A stretch of DNA of 64,000 bases. It comes from Desulfomonilia bacterium (lineage in GTDB: Bacteria; Desulfobacterota; Desulfomonilia; UBA1062). The translations under genes and the position numbers were made by a program. Position 1 is the stretch's first letter. The number at the start of each line of letters is the position of its first letter. Location: positions 384,001-448,000 of the forward strand of contig JBEKDT010000001.1 of the NCBI GenBank assembly GCA_050014195.1, read 5' to 3'. The notes under the pieces were generated by a model. It was not told the origin of the DNA and did not search any database. It was given only the letters and a program-made list of their open reading frames with translations. Shown here piece after piece: positions 38,714 to 49,570 of the stretch.

Positions 38714-40162
38714 TTAATATCTGTAATGCTCCGGCTTGAACGGCCCGCCGACACTCACTCCGATATAATCCGCCTGCTCCTTGGTGAGCCTGGTGAGCTT
38801 CACCCCAAGCTTGCCGAGGTGCAGCCTGGCTACTTCCTCGTCGAGGATCTTCGGCAGCGTCTTCACGCTGATCTCTCTTAAGTTCGCCCACAGGTCCATC
38901 TGGGCGAGCACCTGGTTGGTGAACGAGTTGGACATGACGAACGAAGGATGACCTGTTGCGCAACCAAGGTTCACAAGCCTTCCTTCTGCGAGCAGATAGA
39001 TGCAATGGCCGTCGGGGAAGGTGAACTTGTCAACCTGGGGCTTGATGTTAAGCCTCTTGATGCCCGGGAATTTCTCAAGCTTATCCACCTCTATCTCATC
39101 ATCGAAATGCCCGATGTTGCATACGATGGCCTGGTCAAGCATCTTTTGCATGTGCTCTATCCGGATGATCTTGCAGTTCCCCGTCGCGGTAACAAAGATG
39201 TTGGCCTCACGGAGCGCATCTTCGACCGTTACGACCTCAAAGCCCTCCATTGCGGCCTGCAGAGCGCAAATGGGGTCGATCTCGGTGACCAGCACCCGCG
39301 CGCCGAATCCGCGCATGGACTGGGCGCATCCCTTACCTACATCCCCATATCCGCATACGCACACCACCTTGCCAGCCACCATGACGTCGGTGGCGCGCTT
39401 GATGCCGTCGGCCAGCGATTCACGGCATCCGTAGAGGTTGTCGAACTTGCTCTTGGTAACGGAGTCATTCACATTGATGGCAGGGAAAAGGAGTGTGCCG
39501 TTTTCCAGCATCTGATAGAGCCGGTGCACCCCGGTGGTGGTCTCCTCGGATACGCCCTTGATCTCGTTGACCACCCGGTGCCAGAAGCTCGGGTCATCCT
39601 TGAGTCTGCGTTTGAGCACCATATTGATGATGGCGAGCTCTTTGTTATCCGTCTTCGCATCCAGGGTGGACGGGTCTTCCTCTGCACGGTAGCCCCTGTG
39701 CACCATGAGTGTGGCATCTCCGCCATCATCGACAATGAGGTTGGGTCCCTTGCCGCCAGGAAAGGTGAGGGCTTCCAGTGTGCATGCCCAGTAATCTTCA
39801 AGGCTCTCGCCCTTCCATGCGTATACCGGTATCCCGCTTGCGGCTATGGCTGCTGCGGCATGGTCCTGGGTGGAGAAGATATTGCATGAAGCCCACCTGA
39901 CATCCGCGCCCAGGGCCTTTAAGGTCTCGATGAGTACTGCAGTCTGGATGGTCATGTGCAGGGAGCCCGATATCCGTGACCCCTTCAGCGGCTGCTTCGG
40001 GATATATTTTTCCCTTACTGCCATCAGGCCGGGCATTTCATGCTCGGATACGGTGATCTCCTTCCTGCCGAAGTCTGCCTGGGCAATATCCGCCACTTTA
40101 TACTTGAGGCTGGAAAAATCAGGCAGCCCATTCGCGTCCAGCTTTTTCACCTTTTCAGCCAT
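38714..40162 (-). CDS. ahcY: Adenosylhomocysteinase
   Basis: [47 protein letters not shown]. Confidence 0.97.
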   Translation of the reverse strand: MAEKVKKLDANGLPDFSSLKYKVADIAQADFGRKEITVSEHEMPGLMAVREKYIPKQPLKGSRISGSLHMTIQTAVLIETLKALGADVRWASCNIFSTQDHAAAAIAASGIPVYAWKGESLEDYWACTLEALTFPGGKGPNLIVDDGGDATLMVHRGYRAEEDPSTLDAKTDNKELAIINMVLKRRLKDDPSFWHRVVNEIKGVSEETTTGVHRLYQMLENGTLLFPAINVNDSVTKSKFDNLYGCRESLADGIKRATDVMVAGKVVCVCGYGDVGKGCAQSMRGFGARVLVTEIDPICALQAAMEGFEVVTVEDALREANIFVTATGNCKIIRIEHMQKMLDQAIVCNIGHFDDEIEVDKLEKFPGIKRLNIKPQVDKFTFPDGHCIYLLAEGRLVNLGCATGHPSFVMSNSFTNQVLAQMDLWANLREISVKTLPKILDEEVARLHLGKLGVKLTRLTKEQADYIGVSVGGPFKPEHYRY

Positions 40163-41331
40163 TATTTACCTGCCTTGTCTTTTAAAATAGCCACCTTATC
40201 GGTCTTTTCCCAGGTGAACTCCGGCTCGTTCCTGCCGAAGTGCCCATAGGCAGCGGTCTTCTTGTAGATGGGCCGCAGCAGATCGAGATGGTCAATGATG
40301 CCCTTGGGTTTCATCGGGAAGACATCCCTGACAAGCTTGCTCAGCTTATCGTCCGAGATCTTGCCTGTGCCTGCAGTGTCGATCATAACGGAAACCGGCT
40401 CGGCCACACCGATGGCATAGGCGAGCTGCACTACACACCGTTTCGCAAGACCTGCTGCAACAATGTTCTTGGCTATGTAGCGGGACATATATGCAGCGGA
40501 GCGATCGACCTTCGAGGGGTCTTTGCCGGAAAACGCGCCGCCTCCGTGGCTGGCAAAACCGCCGTAGGTATCCACGATGATCTTGCGTCCTGTGAGCCCA
40601 GTGTCGGCATGCGGGCCGCCCAGGACAAACCGCCCTGTGGCATTGATATAATATTTCGTGTCCTTGTCCAGCAGAGAAGCAGGAATCTGTTTCTTGATGA
40701 CCTCTTCCATGATGCCGTCGCGGACTGCCTCATAGCTCGCATCTTCGTCGTGCTGTGCGGCAATGACGACACTAGTAACCCTTTTAGGTTTTCCATTCTC
40801 ATACTGCACCGTCACCTGGGATTTGCCGTCGGGTCTTAAGAATTCCAGGATCCCGTTTTTCCTGGTATCGGCAAGTCCTTTGGTCAGCAGATGGGCATAG
40901 TGTATGGGGGCGGGCATAAGCATGTCCGTATCATCGCAGGCAAAACCGAACATCATACCCTGGTCTCCTGCGCCCTGCTCCTTGAAGAGGCCCTCGCCCT
41001 CCTGGACGCCCTGATTGATGTCCGGGGACTGCTTGTCAAGGGTCACGAGCACGCCGCAGGTGTTCCAGCTGAAGCCCATGACGGCCTCCGTATAGCCGAT
41101 CTCTTTAACGGTTTGGCGTGCAACACGCTGCACATCCAGATGGTGGGTCGTGGTTATCTCGCCGGATACGATAATCAGTCCTGTGGTAACCAGGGTTTCG
41201 CATGCAACATGTGCATTTTTGTCATTGGCAATGATCTCATCTAAGATGGCATCGGAGATATTGTCCGCTACCTTGTCGGGATGCCCTTCCGTAACTGACT
41301 CGGATGAGAATAAGAAATTTCTGTCACCCAT
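40162..41331 (-). CDS. metK: S-adenosylmethionine synthetase
   Basis: [41 protein letters not shown]. Confidence 0.97.
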   Translation of the reverse strand: MGDRNFLFSSESVTEGHPDKVADNISDAILDEIIANDKNAHVACETLVTTGLIIVSGEITTTHHLDVQRVARQTVKEIGYTEAVMGFSWNTCGVLVTLDKQSPDINQGVQEGEGLFKEQGAGDQGMMFGFACDDTDMLMPAPIHYAHLLTKGLADTRKNGILEFLRPDGKSQVTVQYENGKPKRVTSVVIAAQHDEDASYEAVRDGIMEEVIKKQIPASLLDKDTKYYINATGRFVLGGPHADTGLTGRKIIVDTYGGFASHGGGAFSGKDPSKVDRSAAYMSRYIAKNIVAAGLAKRCVVQLAYAIGVAEPVSVMIDTAGTGKISDDKLSKLVRDVFPMKPKGIIDHLDLLRPIYKKTAAYGHFGRNEPEFTWEKTDKVAILKDKAGK

Positions 41332-41438
41332 TCAATAATCCTCCTGTTTCATGAGTATTCTTATATTTGTTTGAAGACCTGGTGCGATATGTTATCCGCA
41401 AAACTTTTAAGTTTAAGGCAAAATCCTTTGGGATCATG

Positions 41439-42830
41439 CTAGACCTTTCTCTTGAGTCCGAGGTATTCGGCAATCTCGGGGGCGCTTCCCTTAAGTGTCA
41501 CCGGTGTATTTTTCAGTTCCTCTTTTGTGGAGATGCCGTATTCAGGGTCAAAGGCATCATCAAAATACAGCTGCTGGAACGAGGCAAACTTGAGCTGGTG
41601 GGAAGTGGAATCCACCACGAACCGTCCTGTAGCCGGGATCAGCTTTTCATGCAGTGCCTTCTTGAGGCCTGCAACAGACTCCCCACCCTGGGTGCAGACC
41701 ACGTGACCGTGCCTGTTGGCCGTCAACATGCCTTCCATGATCTCATTCTCGGTGACCGAGATGACATAAAACCTGTCGTTAAAATGCTTCTCAACGAGCT
41801 GAGAGACCTTGGGGAAAGACACCGGGTCCCCGATCATGGCGGCCTGGGCCACCGATGGGGTTACCTTCAAGGGGACAAACCGGCCGGTTGTCCGCCAGCG
41901 GGCTATAGGGTCGGCATGATTGCTCTGAACACCAAGGATTTGAGGCAGCTCGGATATGATGCCGAGTTCATGAAGGTCTACAAACCCCTCCATGACGGCG
42001 GTGATGTTGCCTGCGTTCCCTATGGGGACAACCACGGTGAGGCCCGCCGTATCCCATCCCAGTTGTTGGGCTATCTCATAGGCATAGGTCTTCTGCCCCA
42101 GAATCCGAACCGGATTCTTCGAGTTCAGAAGGAATACATGATAATCCCGCGCCAGCTCCTCCACCACACGCATGCAGTCGTCGAACACACCGGGCATCTC
42201 GATGACCTGTGCGCCGGAGCCGAGCGGTTGGGATAACTGTTGAGCAGTTACCTTGCCCTTGGGCAGGAGGACCACGGCCCTGACCTTGGATTTTGGGAGA
42301 TAGCTCAAATAAAGAGCGGCAGCGGCCGAGGTGTCGCCCGTGGAGGCGCAGATGCCGAGGACGCTACTTAAGTTTTTAACCCTGATGATGTGATTAAGAA
42401 AGGATATCGCCGATGCCATGCCCCGGTCCTTGAAGCTGGCGGAAGGGTTCAACCCGTCGTTCTTTACGAAAAACGATGCACCCACCCACGTGCTTAATTC
42501 AGGGTTTGCCCTGACCATAGGCGTTTGACCTTCACCCAGGTAGATAACGTCTTGAAGCGGTATGATGGGCAAAATCAGCTCATGGAAACGGAAGATGCCC
42601 TGGATCTCCAGGACATTACTGTTCCTACGGGCATCAAAGATATTCTTCCAAGTTCCGGGCGGTGTGGCCTTCAGTTCGTCGAAGGCCGTGTTCTCAATCC
42701 TCAAAAGAGACTTGCAGGTCGGGCATGTGTAGATGAATTCGTAGATATCATAGCGCTGTCCGCATCCGATGCATGCATAAACCAGGTTCCCTCTTTTCTT
42801 AGGCATGTATGGTTCGGACTTTTCCGGCAT
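41439..42830 (-). CDS. thrC: Threonine synthase
   Basis: N-terminal CxxC..CxxC, LGEGQTP, NPSASFKDRG, ASTGDTSA, PIGNAGN. Confidence 0.92.
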   Translation of the reverse strand: MPEKSEPYMPKKRGNLVYACIGCGQRYDIYEFIYTCPTCKSLLRIENTAFDELKATPPGTWKNIFDARRNSNVLEIQGIFRFHELILPIIPLQDVIYLGEGQTPMVRANPELSTWVGASFFVKNDGLNPSASFKDRGMASAISFLNHIIRVKNLSSVLGICASTGDTSAAAALYLSYLPKSKVRAVVLLPKGKVTAQQLSQPLGSGAQVIEMPGVFDDCMRVVEELARDYHVFLLNSKNPVRILGQKTYAYEIAQQLGWDTAGLTVVVPIGNAGNITAVMEGFVDLHELGIISELPQILGVQSNHADPIARWRTTGRFVPLKVTPSVAQAAMIGDPVSFPKVSQLVEKHFNDRFYVISVTENEIMEGMLTANRHGHVVCTQGGESVAGLKKALHEKLIPATGRFVVDSTSHQLKFASFQQLYFDDAFDPEYGISTKEELKNTPVTLKGSAPEIAEYLGLKRKV

Positions 42831-42937
42831 CACTTCCCCTTCAACCTATAAAGGCCCCACACTGTATAATAGACTATTGACTTTTTCAATACTTTTTTGG
42901 CATCTTAACGGCTTATTTCTTCAGCCTGGGAGAACAT

Positions 42938-43840
42938 ATGGAAACCTTCACAAATATAGAATTTCCTGCTGTAAAAAAGTTGGGGAGCGGCAAGGTCAGA
43001 GAGATATTTGATGCCGGCTCCGAGCATCTTCTTATTGTCACTACCGATCGCATCTCAGCCTTTGATGTGATCCTGCCCGATCCAATCCCTTCCAAAGGCT
43101 GTGTCTTAAACCTACTCTCCCTGTTTTGGTTTGAAAAAGGATCATCCATCATCAAGAATCATGTGGTAACTTCAGCCGTGAACGCCTACACGGAGCCATT
43201 TAAGGGAGACAGCCGCCTAGCCGGGAGGTCCATGCTGGTAAAAAAAACCAACCCTCTGCCCGTGGAGTGTATTGTAAGAGGGTACATCTCGGGCTCGGGC
43301 TGGAAAGAATACCTTAAACTCGGCTCCGTCTCCGGGGTGAAGCTCCCTACCGGACTAAGGGAATCAGACCGCCTTCCTGAACCTATATTTACTCCCTCCA
43401 CCAAGGCACAGATCGGGCATCACGACATCAATATCGATATGAAGACCGCAGGAGACCTCGTGGGTCAGTCCCTTATCGAAGAGGTAAAGAGTATCTCACT
43501 TTCAATCTACTCCATGGCGGCGGCCCATGCGCTGGGAAAGGGTATCATCATTGCCGACACGAAATTCGAGTTCGGGCTTTTAGAGGGAGAGCTCATCTGG
43601 ATCGACGAGGCCCTCACTCCCGATTCCTCCAGGTTCTGGCCGCTTGAAGGGTACATGCCGGGAGGGCCGCAGAAGAGCTTTGATAAACAGTTTGTCCGCG
43701 ACTACCTGGAAACTCTGGATTGGAACAAGACAGCACCGGGGCCCAATCTGCCGCAGGACATCATTAAGAAGACCTCTGAGAAGTATATTGCCGCCTATGA
43801 GCTGCTTACGGGAAGAATATTCGCACAAGAACGGGCATAG
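42938..43840 (+). CDS. purC: SAICAR synthetase
   Basis: [40 protein letters not shown]. Confidence 0.96.
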   Translation: METFTNIEFPAVKKLGSGKVREIFDAGSEHLLIVTTDRISAFDVILPDPIPSKGCVLNLLSLFWFEKGSSIIKNHVVTSAVNAYTEPFKGDSRLAGRSMLVKKTNPLPVECIVRGYISGSGWKEYLKLGSVSGVKLPTGLRESDRLPEPIFTPSTKAQIGHHDINIDMKTAGDLVGQSLIEEVKSISLSIYSMAAAHALGKGIIIADTKFEFGLLEGELIWIDEALTPDSSRFWPLEGYMPGGPQKSFDKQFVRDYLETLDWNKTAPGPNLPQDIIKKTSEKYIAAYELLTGRIFAQERA

Positions 43841-43893
43841 AATCCGCCCCTGCTGCTTTTTTAGAATGGTCTTTCATGATGCAGGAGCTCTAT

Positions 43894-43929
43894 AAAAAAA
43901 ACCACCACTCAAGAAGGCGGTGGTTTTTT
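43894..43929 (-). terminator. Intrinsic terminator (possibly bidirectional, stronger on minus)
   Basis: Minus strand AAAAAACCACCGC-loop-GUGGUGGUUUUUUUU. Confidence 0.8.
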
Positions 43930-44107
43930 AGGAACGAGGATGACACTTTCTCAAGATGCAGGGTTCTTTCCGATCTCAATAAGGAGATGCCGGGGGTACC
44001 GAATAACAGGTCTGCGCGGCTCTATTTTTTATAGTTTCTTCATTTAACCTTATGGTCGGTTAGCCCGCCTAGGGATCGGTTTTTCGAATACCCCAGCTCT
44101 TCTCCCT
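43894..44107 (-). ncRNA. Candidate structured small RNA (~214 nt)
   Basis: Upstream sigma28-like promoter, long 5' stem with G-U pairs, terminator, no ORF of meaningful length. Confidence 0.45.
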
Positions 44108-44114
44108 AAGAAAT

Positions 44115-44141
44115 GTATCGGCAGCGATGTCGATTGCTTAA
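44115..44141 (-). promoter_or_regulatory. sigma28/FliA-like promoter TTAAG-N14-GCCGATAC
   Basis: Fits the TAAA-N15-GCCGATAA geometry. Confidence 0.55.
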
Positions 44142-44203
44142 GCGTATTTCTTGAAAGAAAATTTCATGACGACCAGCGGTTCAATCTGGGTATTCCTCGC
44201 CTA

Positions 44204-44890
44204 TCATCTCAGGTTTTTATGGCCCCCCTGTGCAGACAAGAGATTGTTCACCCAGCTCCGGGCGGAGTCTGATACCGCACCGAAAGGTATCGGGGACCCG
44301 ACGATCAGATCCACAAGATGCTTCAGCATGCGTGCCGTGGCACCCCAGACTACGCCCCCCTCGATCTCAAGGAAATAGATGTTGACGCCCCTGCCCCGGA
44401 AATGAGACCGCTCAGCCATCCAGGCCGAATCACTCAGCGCCTTTCTCAAGGGGACCAGCAGCAGGATCTCGGACTCGCTGTTGATCTTAAAGTCGTACGG
44501 ATAAGGGATGGCACCCACCACCGGCGTGATGTGATATCCCACAATGGATATATGGTCATCCAGTAGGCCCAGGACTTCCACGTCATCCCGGCAGAGCCCG
44601 ATCTCCTCGTGGGCCTCCCGCAGAGCCGTCTCCACCAGGCCCTTATCGCCGGTCTCCACCCCTCCGCCCGGGAAGCAGATCTCTCCCTTGTGGTGCTCAA
44701 CGTCCATGGACCGCATGGTGACAATCACCTGGGGATCACCGTCACTCCAGCACAGGGGGAGCAGGACGGCAGATTCCCGGAGGTCCTCCCGGGGGATGAT
44801 CCTCCTCTTGTGGGCGGCCAGCAGGGTACGGATATAATCCTTCAAGGCCTGCTCACTACCAAGAAGCTCATGGATTCTGGAACCTTGCAT
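44204..44890 (-). CDS. Nudix hydrolase, CoA pyrophosphatase (NudL-like)
   Basis: SAVLLPL, HKGEICFPGG, ALREAHEEIG Nudix box, VWGATA. Confidence 0.92.
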   Translation of the reverse strand: MQGSRIHELLGSEQALKDYIRTLLAAHKRRIIPREDLRESAVLLPLCWSDGDPQVIVTMRSMDVEHHKGEICFPGGGVETGDKGLVETALREAHEEIGLCRDDVEVLGLLDDHISIVGYHITPVVGAIPYPYDFKINSESEILLLVPLRKALSDSAWMAERSHFRGRGVNIYFLEIEGGVVWGATARMLKHLVDLIVGSPIPFGAVSDSARSWVNNLLSAQGGHKNLR

Positions 44891-44967
44891 GGATGCTTCT
44901 ATTACCACAAAGAGCTTGCCATGAACAGGCTTGACCGCATGAGGTCTTGCTGTATATTATACCACTC

Positions 44968-45555
44968 ATGAGAAGCAAAGGTGCAATCAAGAACTACATC
45001 GTCCTCATCAGAGATCTGGTGAGTGATGTGGAACTCCTCCTGGATGACGACATTGAGCACGATTCTTCGCACAGGTGGAAGGAGCATGCAACACTCATCC
45101 TGGGTAAGATCCTCGGCAAGGATCACACCTATGTCAAACAATTCGCTGGGATAGAGTTCTGCACCCCTTTCTTCGACGACTTTGATGAGTTTATGGAGGA
45201 GGATACCTTCCGGCTCGCCCTGGAGGATGCCAGATCATTCCTCATCTCTCTCATCGACGAGCTTGAGAGCGAACACAACTGTACACCCGGCCTCATGGAC
45301 ATGGAGAGCCTGTTCGCCGAGATGAACCGTTATGTCCTCGCCCGAGTGGGAGACCCGGGTATGCGCAGCAGCCTCCACAACCGGATCACAAGGCTGAGAA
45401 ACGGCATGATGTCAGGCGAGATCTCAGGTGATGAGGTGCGCTACCACATGGAGCACATCGGCTGCCTTGATTCCGGGCTCTACGAGCGCATAGTCCCGCT
45501 CCTGACATGGTATTATATTCAGGGGGCGGGGTTTAAAGGGGCACACAACAACTAA
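44968..45555 (+). CDS. Hypothetical helical protein
   Basis: 195-aa ORF with normal codon usage and an upstream sigma70-like promoter. Confidence 0.7.
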   Translation: MRSKGAIKNYIVLIRDLVSDVELLLDDDIEHDSSHRWKEHATLILGKILGKDHTYVKQFAGIEFCTPFFDDFDEFMEEDTFRLALEDARSFLISLIDELESEHNCTPGLMDMESLFAEMNRYVLARVGDPGMRSSLHNRITRLRNGMMSGEISGDEVRYHMEHIGCLDSGLYERIVPLLTWYYIQGAGFKGAHNN

Positions 45556-45607
45556 CCCATATCACACCTCCCTTATACATTCATTATTCCTAAGGAAAGG
45601 AGTTTAC

Positions 45608-47179
45608 ATGCCGAAGATCACAAGGGCCCTTGTGAGCGTTACTGATAAAAAAGACATTACGGAATTCATCAAAGAGCTCGCTTCATTCGGGGTGGAGATC
45701 ATCTCAACGGGCGGCACCGCCAAGGCACTGAAGGATAACGGCATTAAGGTGGTGGACATCTCCGAGTATACAGGCTTCCCCGAGATGATGGACGGCAGGC
45801 TCAAGACCCTGCACCCCCTGGTACACGGCGGGATGCTTGCCGTGCGTGACAATCCCGAGCACGTCGAGGCCATGAAAAAGCATGGCATCAAGCCCATTGA
45901 TATGCTCGTAGTAAATCTCTACCGGTTTGAAGAGACCATTGCCAAGGGTGCATCTCTTAAAGAGGCCATCGAGAATATCGACATCGGCGGCCCCGCCATG
46001 GTAAGGGCCGCATCCAAGAACTACAAGTACGTGTCCGTGGTGACCGATACTTCCCAGTATCCCAAGATTATTGATGAGATGAAGCAGACCGGCGGCACGG
46101 TGAGTGAAAAGACCAACTTCGAGCTTGCCCGGGATGCATTCTCTCTCACCGCGCGCTATGATGCCGCCATATCCAACTACCTCCAGGGTATCGATGTGGA
46201 GGAGGGGCAGTTCCCTCTCACGTATACGGTCCAGTACAAGCGCTCCCAGATCATGCGATATGGCGAGAACCCACACCAGAAGGCTGCATTCTACAGCGAA
46301 CCCAACATAGACCAGCCCGCAATATCAAGCGCCGAGAAGCTCTGGGGCAAGGAGCTCTCGTACAATAATATCATGGATTCCGATGCGGCCCTTGACCTCA
46401 TCATGGAGTTCGACAAGCCCGCATGCGTGATACTCAAGCATTCCAACCCCTGCGGGGCAGCCCAATCTACAAGCTCTTTGGCCGAGGCATACCGCAAGGC
46501 CCTGGCCGTTGATACTACGAGCGCCTTCGGCGGCATCGTGGGCCTGAACCGGGTCGTGGATGCCGAGACGGCCAGGGCTATCGGCGAGATCTTTACCGAG
46601 GTGGTTGTGGCGCCCGATTACACCCCAGAGGCCTTGGCCATCCTCGAGGAGAAGAAGAATGTACGCCTCCTGAAGGTTCCGGGAATTGCCCAGGGTATCA
46701 AGGCAAAGAAGCAGATGCTCTCTTCACGCAGGGTCACCGGCGGCCTGCTCCTCCAGGAACGCGATCTGGGCGACATCGACCTTACAAAGGCCCAGGTGGT
46801 TACCAGGCGCAAGCCCACCAGTGAGGAAATGGAGGCGTTGAAGTTTGCATGGAGGATCGTTAAATATGTCAAGTCCAACGCGGTCATTTATGCAACAAAG
46901 GACCAGCTCATCGGTGTGGGTGCAGGCCAGATGAGCAGGGTGGACTCCTCGAAACTGGCTATCATCAAGGCTGCCAATGCAGGGCTTTCCACCAAGGGTA
47001 CGGTAGTGGCATCGGATGCCTTCTTTCCCTTCAGGGACGGTATCGACGAGGCCGCCAAGGCAGGCGCAACGGCCGTGGTGCAACCGGGCGGTTCGGTGCG
47101 GGACGCGGAGGTCATCCAGGCAGCCGATGAGCATGACATGGCCATGATCTTTACCGGCATGCGTCATTTCAGGCACTAG
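45608..47179 (+). CDS. purH: Bifunctional AICAR transformylase/IMP cyclohydrolase
   Basis: [45 protein letters not shown]. Confidence 0.97.
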   Translation: MPKITRALVSVTDKKDITEFIKELASFGVEIISTGGTAKALKDNGIKVVDISEYTGFPEMMDGRLKTLHPLVHGGMLAVRDNPEHVEAMKKHGIKPIDMLVVNLYRFEETIAKGASLKEAIENIDIGGPAMVRAASKNYKYVSVVTDTSQYPKIIDEMKQTGGTVSEKTNFELARDAFSLTARYDAAISNYLQGIDVEEGQFPLTYTVQYKRSQIMRYGENPHQKAAFYSEPNIDQPAISSAEKLWGKELSYNNIMDSDAALDLIMEFDKPACVILKHSNPCGAAQSTSSLAEAYRKALAVDTTSAFGGIVGLNRVVDAETARAIGEIFTEVVVAPDYTPEALAILEEKKNVRLLKVPGIAQGIKAKKQMLSSRRVTGGLLLQERDLGDIDLTKAQVVTRRKPTSEEMEALKFAWRIVKYVKSNAVIYATKDQLIGVGAGQMSRVDSSKLAIIKAANAGLSTKGTVVASDAFFPFRDGIDEAAKAGATAVVQPGGSVRDAEVIQAADEHDMAMIFTGMRHFRH

Positions 47180-47189
47180 GAGGTATTTC

Positions 47190-48470
47190 ATGCGGGTGCT
47201 GGTGGTAGGCTCGGGCGGCAGGGAGCATACCCTGTGCTGGAAGATCGCACAGAGCAGCCTCGTGGACGAGGTGTTCTGCGCCCCCGGCAACGGCGGCATC
47301 GCCCAGGACGCAGTTTGCGTAGACATCGGGGCGGATGACATCGCAGGCCTGCTGAAGTTTGCAAAGAACAACCGTTTCGATCTCACTGTCGTGGGCCCCG
47401 AGGCGCCACTGACAGCAGGCATTGTGGATGCCTTCCGCTCAGAAGGCCTTGCCGTCTTCGGGCCGGACAAGGCGGCCGCAGCACTCGAGGGCTCAAAGGC
47501 CTTTGCCAAGGATGTGATGAAGGCCTGCGGCATCCCTACTGCAACCTATCGGGTATTCTCGGATGTGCATGCCGCCAGGACTTTTATTAAAGAGGCCCCC
47601 TACAACGTGGTGGTCAAAGCAGACGGCCTGGCAGCGGGCAAGGGAGTGCTCGTCACCTCGTCCAAGGAAGAGGCCTATGCAGCCATCGATGAGGTCATGG
47701 TGAAGAAGTCCTTCGGCGCGGCAGGAGACCGGGCTTTAGTAGAGGAGCTCCTCGATGGAGAGGAGGCCTCGTTCATTGCCATCTGCGACGGCGAGAACGT
47801 CCTGCCGCTGGCCTCGTCCCAGGACCACAAGCGGGTCTTTGACAACGATGAAGGGCCCAACACGGGCGGCATGGGCGCATACTCGCCTGCTCCCGTGGTG
47901 GATGATACAGTCACGGCTGCGGTGATGGAAAAGATCCTGAACCCCCTCGCCAGGGGCCTGAAGAAACAGGGCATCACATATCGGGGTGTCATTTATGCAG
48001 GGCTCATGATCACCAAGACCGGCCCATCCGTGCTTGAGTTCAATGTGCGCTTGGGGGACCCTGAGACACAGCCCTTGCTCATGCGGTGCAAGAGCGACAT
48101 TGTGCCGGTGCTCCTGGAAGTTGCGAATGGCGGGGTCATAAGAAACTATACTCTCGATTGGGAAGAAGGTCCCAGTGTATGCGTGGTCGTAGCCTCAGGG
48201 GGTTACCCGGGCTCCATCGAGAAGGGCAAGGTGATAAGCGGCATCGCTCAGGCTGACAAGATCGCCGGTGTGAAGGTCTTTCATGCCGGCACAAGGCTCC
48301 AGGGAGATGCCTTTGTCACCATAGGCGGCAGGGTACTGGGCGTGACTGCAAAGGCCCATGAGTTGAAGGCCGCCATCGACAAGGCATACCAGGCGATATC
48401 CTTGATCTCCTTCGACAGGATGCACTTTCGCAAAGATATCGGGCACAAGGCCCTGAAGAGGTTGTCATGA
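47190..48470 (+). CDS. purD: Phosphoribosylamine--glycine ligase
   Basis: GSGGREH, VGPEAPL, KADGLAAGKGV, QDHKR, GPNTGGMG, RLGDPE. Confidence 0.97.
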   Translation: MRVLVVGSGGREHTLCWKIAQSSLVDEVFCAPGNGGIAQDAVCVDIGADDIAGLLKFAKNNRFDLTVVGPEAPLTAGIVDAFRSEGLAVFGPDKAAAALEGSKAFAKDVMKACGIPTATYRVFSDVHAARTFIKEAPYNVVVKADGLAAGKGVLVTSSKEEAYAAIDEVMVKKSFGAAGDRALVEELLDGEEASFIAICDGENVLPLASSQDHKRVFDNDEGPNTGGMGAYSPAPVVDDTVTAAVMEKILNPLARGLKKQGITYRGVIYAGLMITKTGPSVLEFNVRLGDPETQPLLMRCKSDIVPVLLEVANGGVIRNYTLDWEEGPSVCVVVASGGYPGSIEKGKVISGIAQADKIAGVKVFHAGTRLQGDAFVTIGGRVLGVTAKAHELKAAIDKAYQAISLISFDRMHFRKDIGHKALKRLS

Positions 48471-48955
48471 AAGTAGCCGTTCTCATGGGAAGCAAGTCGG
48501 ACCTTTCGATCATGGAGGAGGCATCGGTCGTACTCAAGCAGTTCGGCATCGATTGCGAGATGCGCATCATGTCTGCGCACCGTACGCCTGATGAGGTCCT
48601 GGCCTTCAGCAGGGATGCAAAGGCAAACGGGTTCTCGGTGATCATAGCAGGTGCGGGCATGGCAGCGCATTTGGCTGGAGTCATTGCAGCGCATACAACC
48701 CTGCCTGTCATCGGCGTACCCATTGCCTCCTCTTCGCTGAACGGCATGGATGCCCTGCTCGCCATGGTGCAGATGCCTCCAGGCGTGCCGGTTGCTACGG
48801 TGAGCGTCGGCAAGGCAGGTGCGAAGAACGCGGCACTGCTTGCCGTGGAGATCCTTGCGCTCAACAATGAAAGGCTCCAGAAAAGACTGGCCCAGTACCG
48901 CTCCGACATGAGAAAGACCGTCCTGGAAGAAGACGACAGCATCAAGAACTCCTGA
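48467..48955 (+). CDS. purE: N5-CAIR mutase / AIR carboxylase
   Basis: MGSKSD, SAHRTP, AGMAAHL, QMPPGVPVATV. Confidence 0.96.
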   Translation: MKVAVLMGSKSDLSIMEEASVVLKQFGIDCEMRIMSAHRTPDEVLAFSRDAKANGFSVIIAGAGMAAHLAGVIAAHTTLPVIGVPIASSSLNGMDALLAMVQMPPGVPVATVSVGKAGAKNAALLAVEILALNNERLQKRLAQYRSDMRKTVLEEDDSIKNS

Positions 48956-48958
48956 GCC

Positions 48959-49567
48959 ATGATCGTCACGAAAGATGCCTCAGCCATCGCCTCCCTACTC
49001 ACCGGGCAGCCGGGCTCACTGGTCGCTTACCCCACCGAAACCTTTTACGGGCTTGGTGCACGGATCGCCGATCATAGTGCGCTTAATAGGCTGCTGCGCG
49101 TTAAAGGGAGGGATGCGACAAAAGGCATGATCGTGCTTGTGTCCGATCTGAGGATGGCATGCAGCATCGCGCGGATCAGCGACCCCTGGAAATCGATACT
49201 GGAGAAATTCTGGCCCGGACCTATCAGTGTCGTGCTTTACGCACTCGATGATGTGGACCCGCTCATAGTCTCCCAGGGGAAAATAGCCCTCAGGATCTCC
49301 CCCTTGAGCCTGGCTACATCGCTTGTAGAGCTGGCCGGCCCCATTACTTCCACCTCTGCAAATAGATCCGGCGAGCCGCCAGCACAGACAGCAGAAGAAG
49401 TGGCGAAACAAGGGTTAGATACCGACGCTATCCTGGACGGGGGCCGGACACCAGGAGGAAAACCCTCTACCCTCATCGACCTCACGGTCTGGCCGCCTTT
49501 ATGCCTGAGGGAAGGGGCGGTACCCTTTCAGGAGATATTTGGACTTATTTCCCATGTTCTATCCTAG
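48959..49567 (+). CDS. tsaC: Threonylcarbamoyl-AMP synthase (YrdC/Sua5)
   Basis: PTETFYGL, KGR, FWPGP, STSANRSG, PSTLID, LREGA. Confidence 0.9.
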   Translation: MIVTKDASAIASLLTGQPGSLVAYPTETFYGLGARIADHSALNRLLRVKGRDATKGMIVLVSDLRMACSIARISDPWKSILEKFWPGPISVVLYALDDVDPLIVSQGKIALRISPLSLATSLVELAGPITSTSANRSGEPPAQTAEEVAKQGLDTDAILDGGRTPGGKPSTLIDLTVWPPLCLREGAVPFQEIFGLISHVLS

Positions 49568-49570
49568 GTT

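Noticed and set aside
41332-41438. SAM/SAH riboswitch or SahR operator upstream of metK-ahcY
   Set aside because: The region is short and AT-rich with no aptamer consensus, and has only a weak imperfect palindrome
43894-44107. Known RNA identity (6S, SRP, c-di-GMP riboswitch, CsrB)
   Set aside because: No SRP GGAA-loop signature, no GEMM motifs, few GGA repeats and not in the usual 6S context; kept as an unknown RNA candidate
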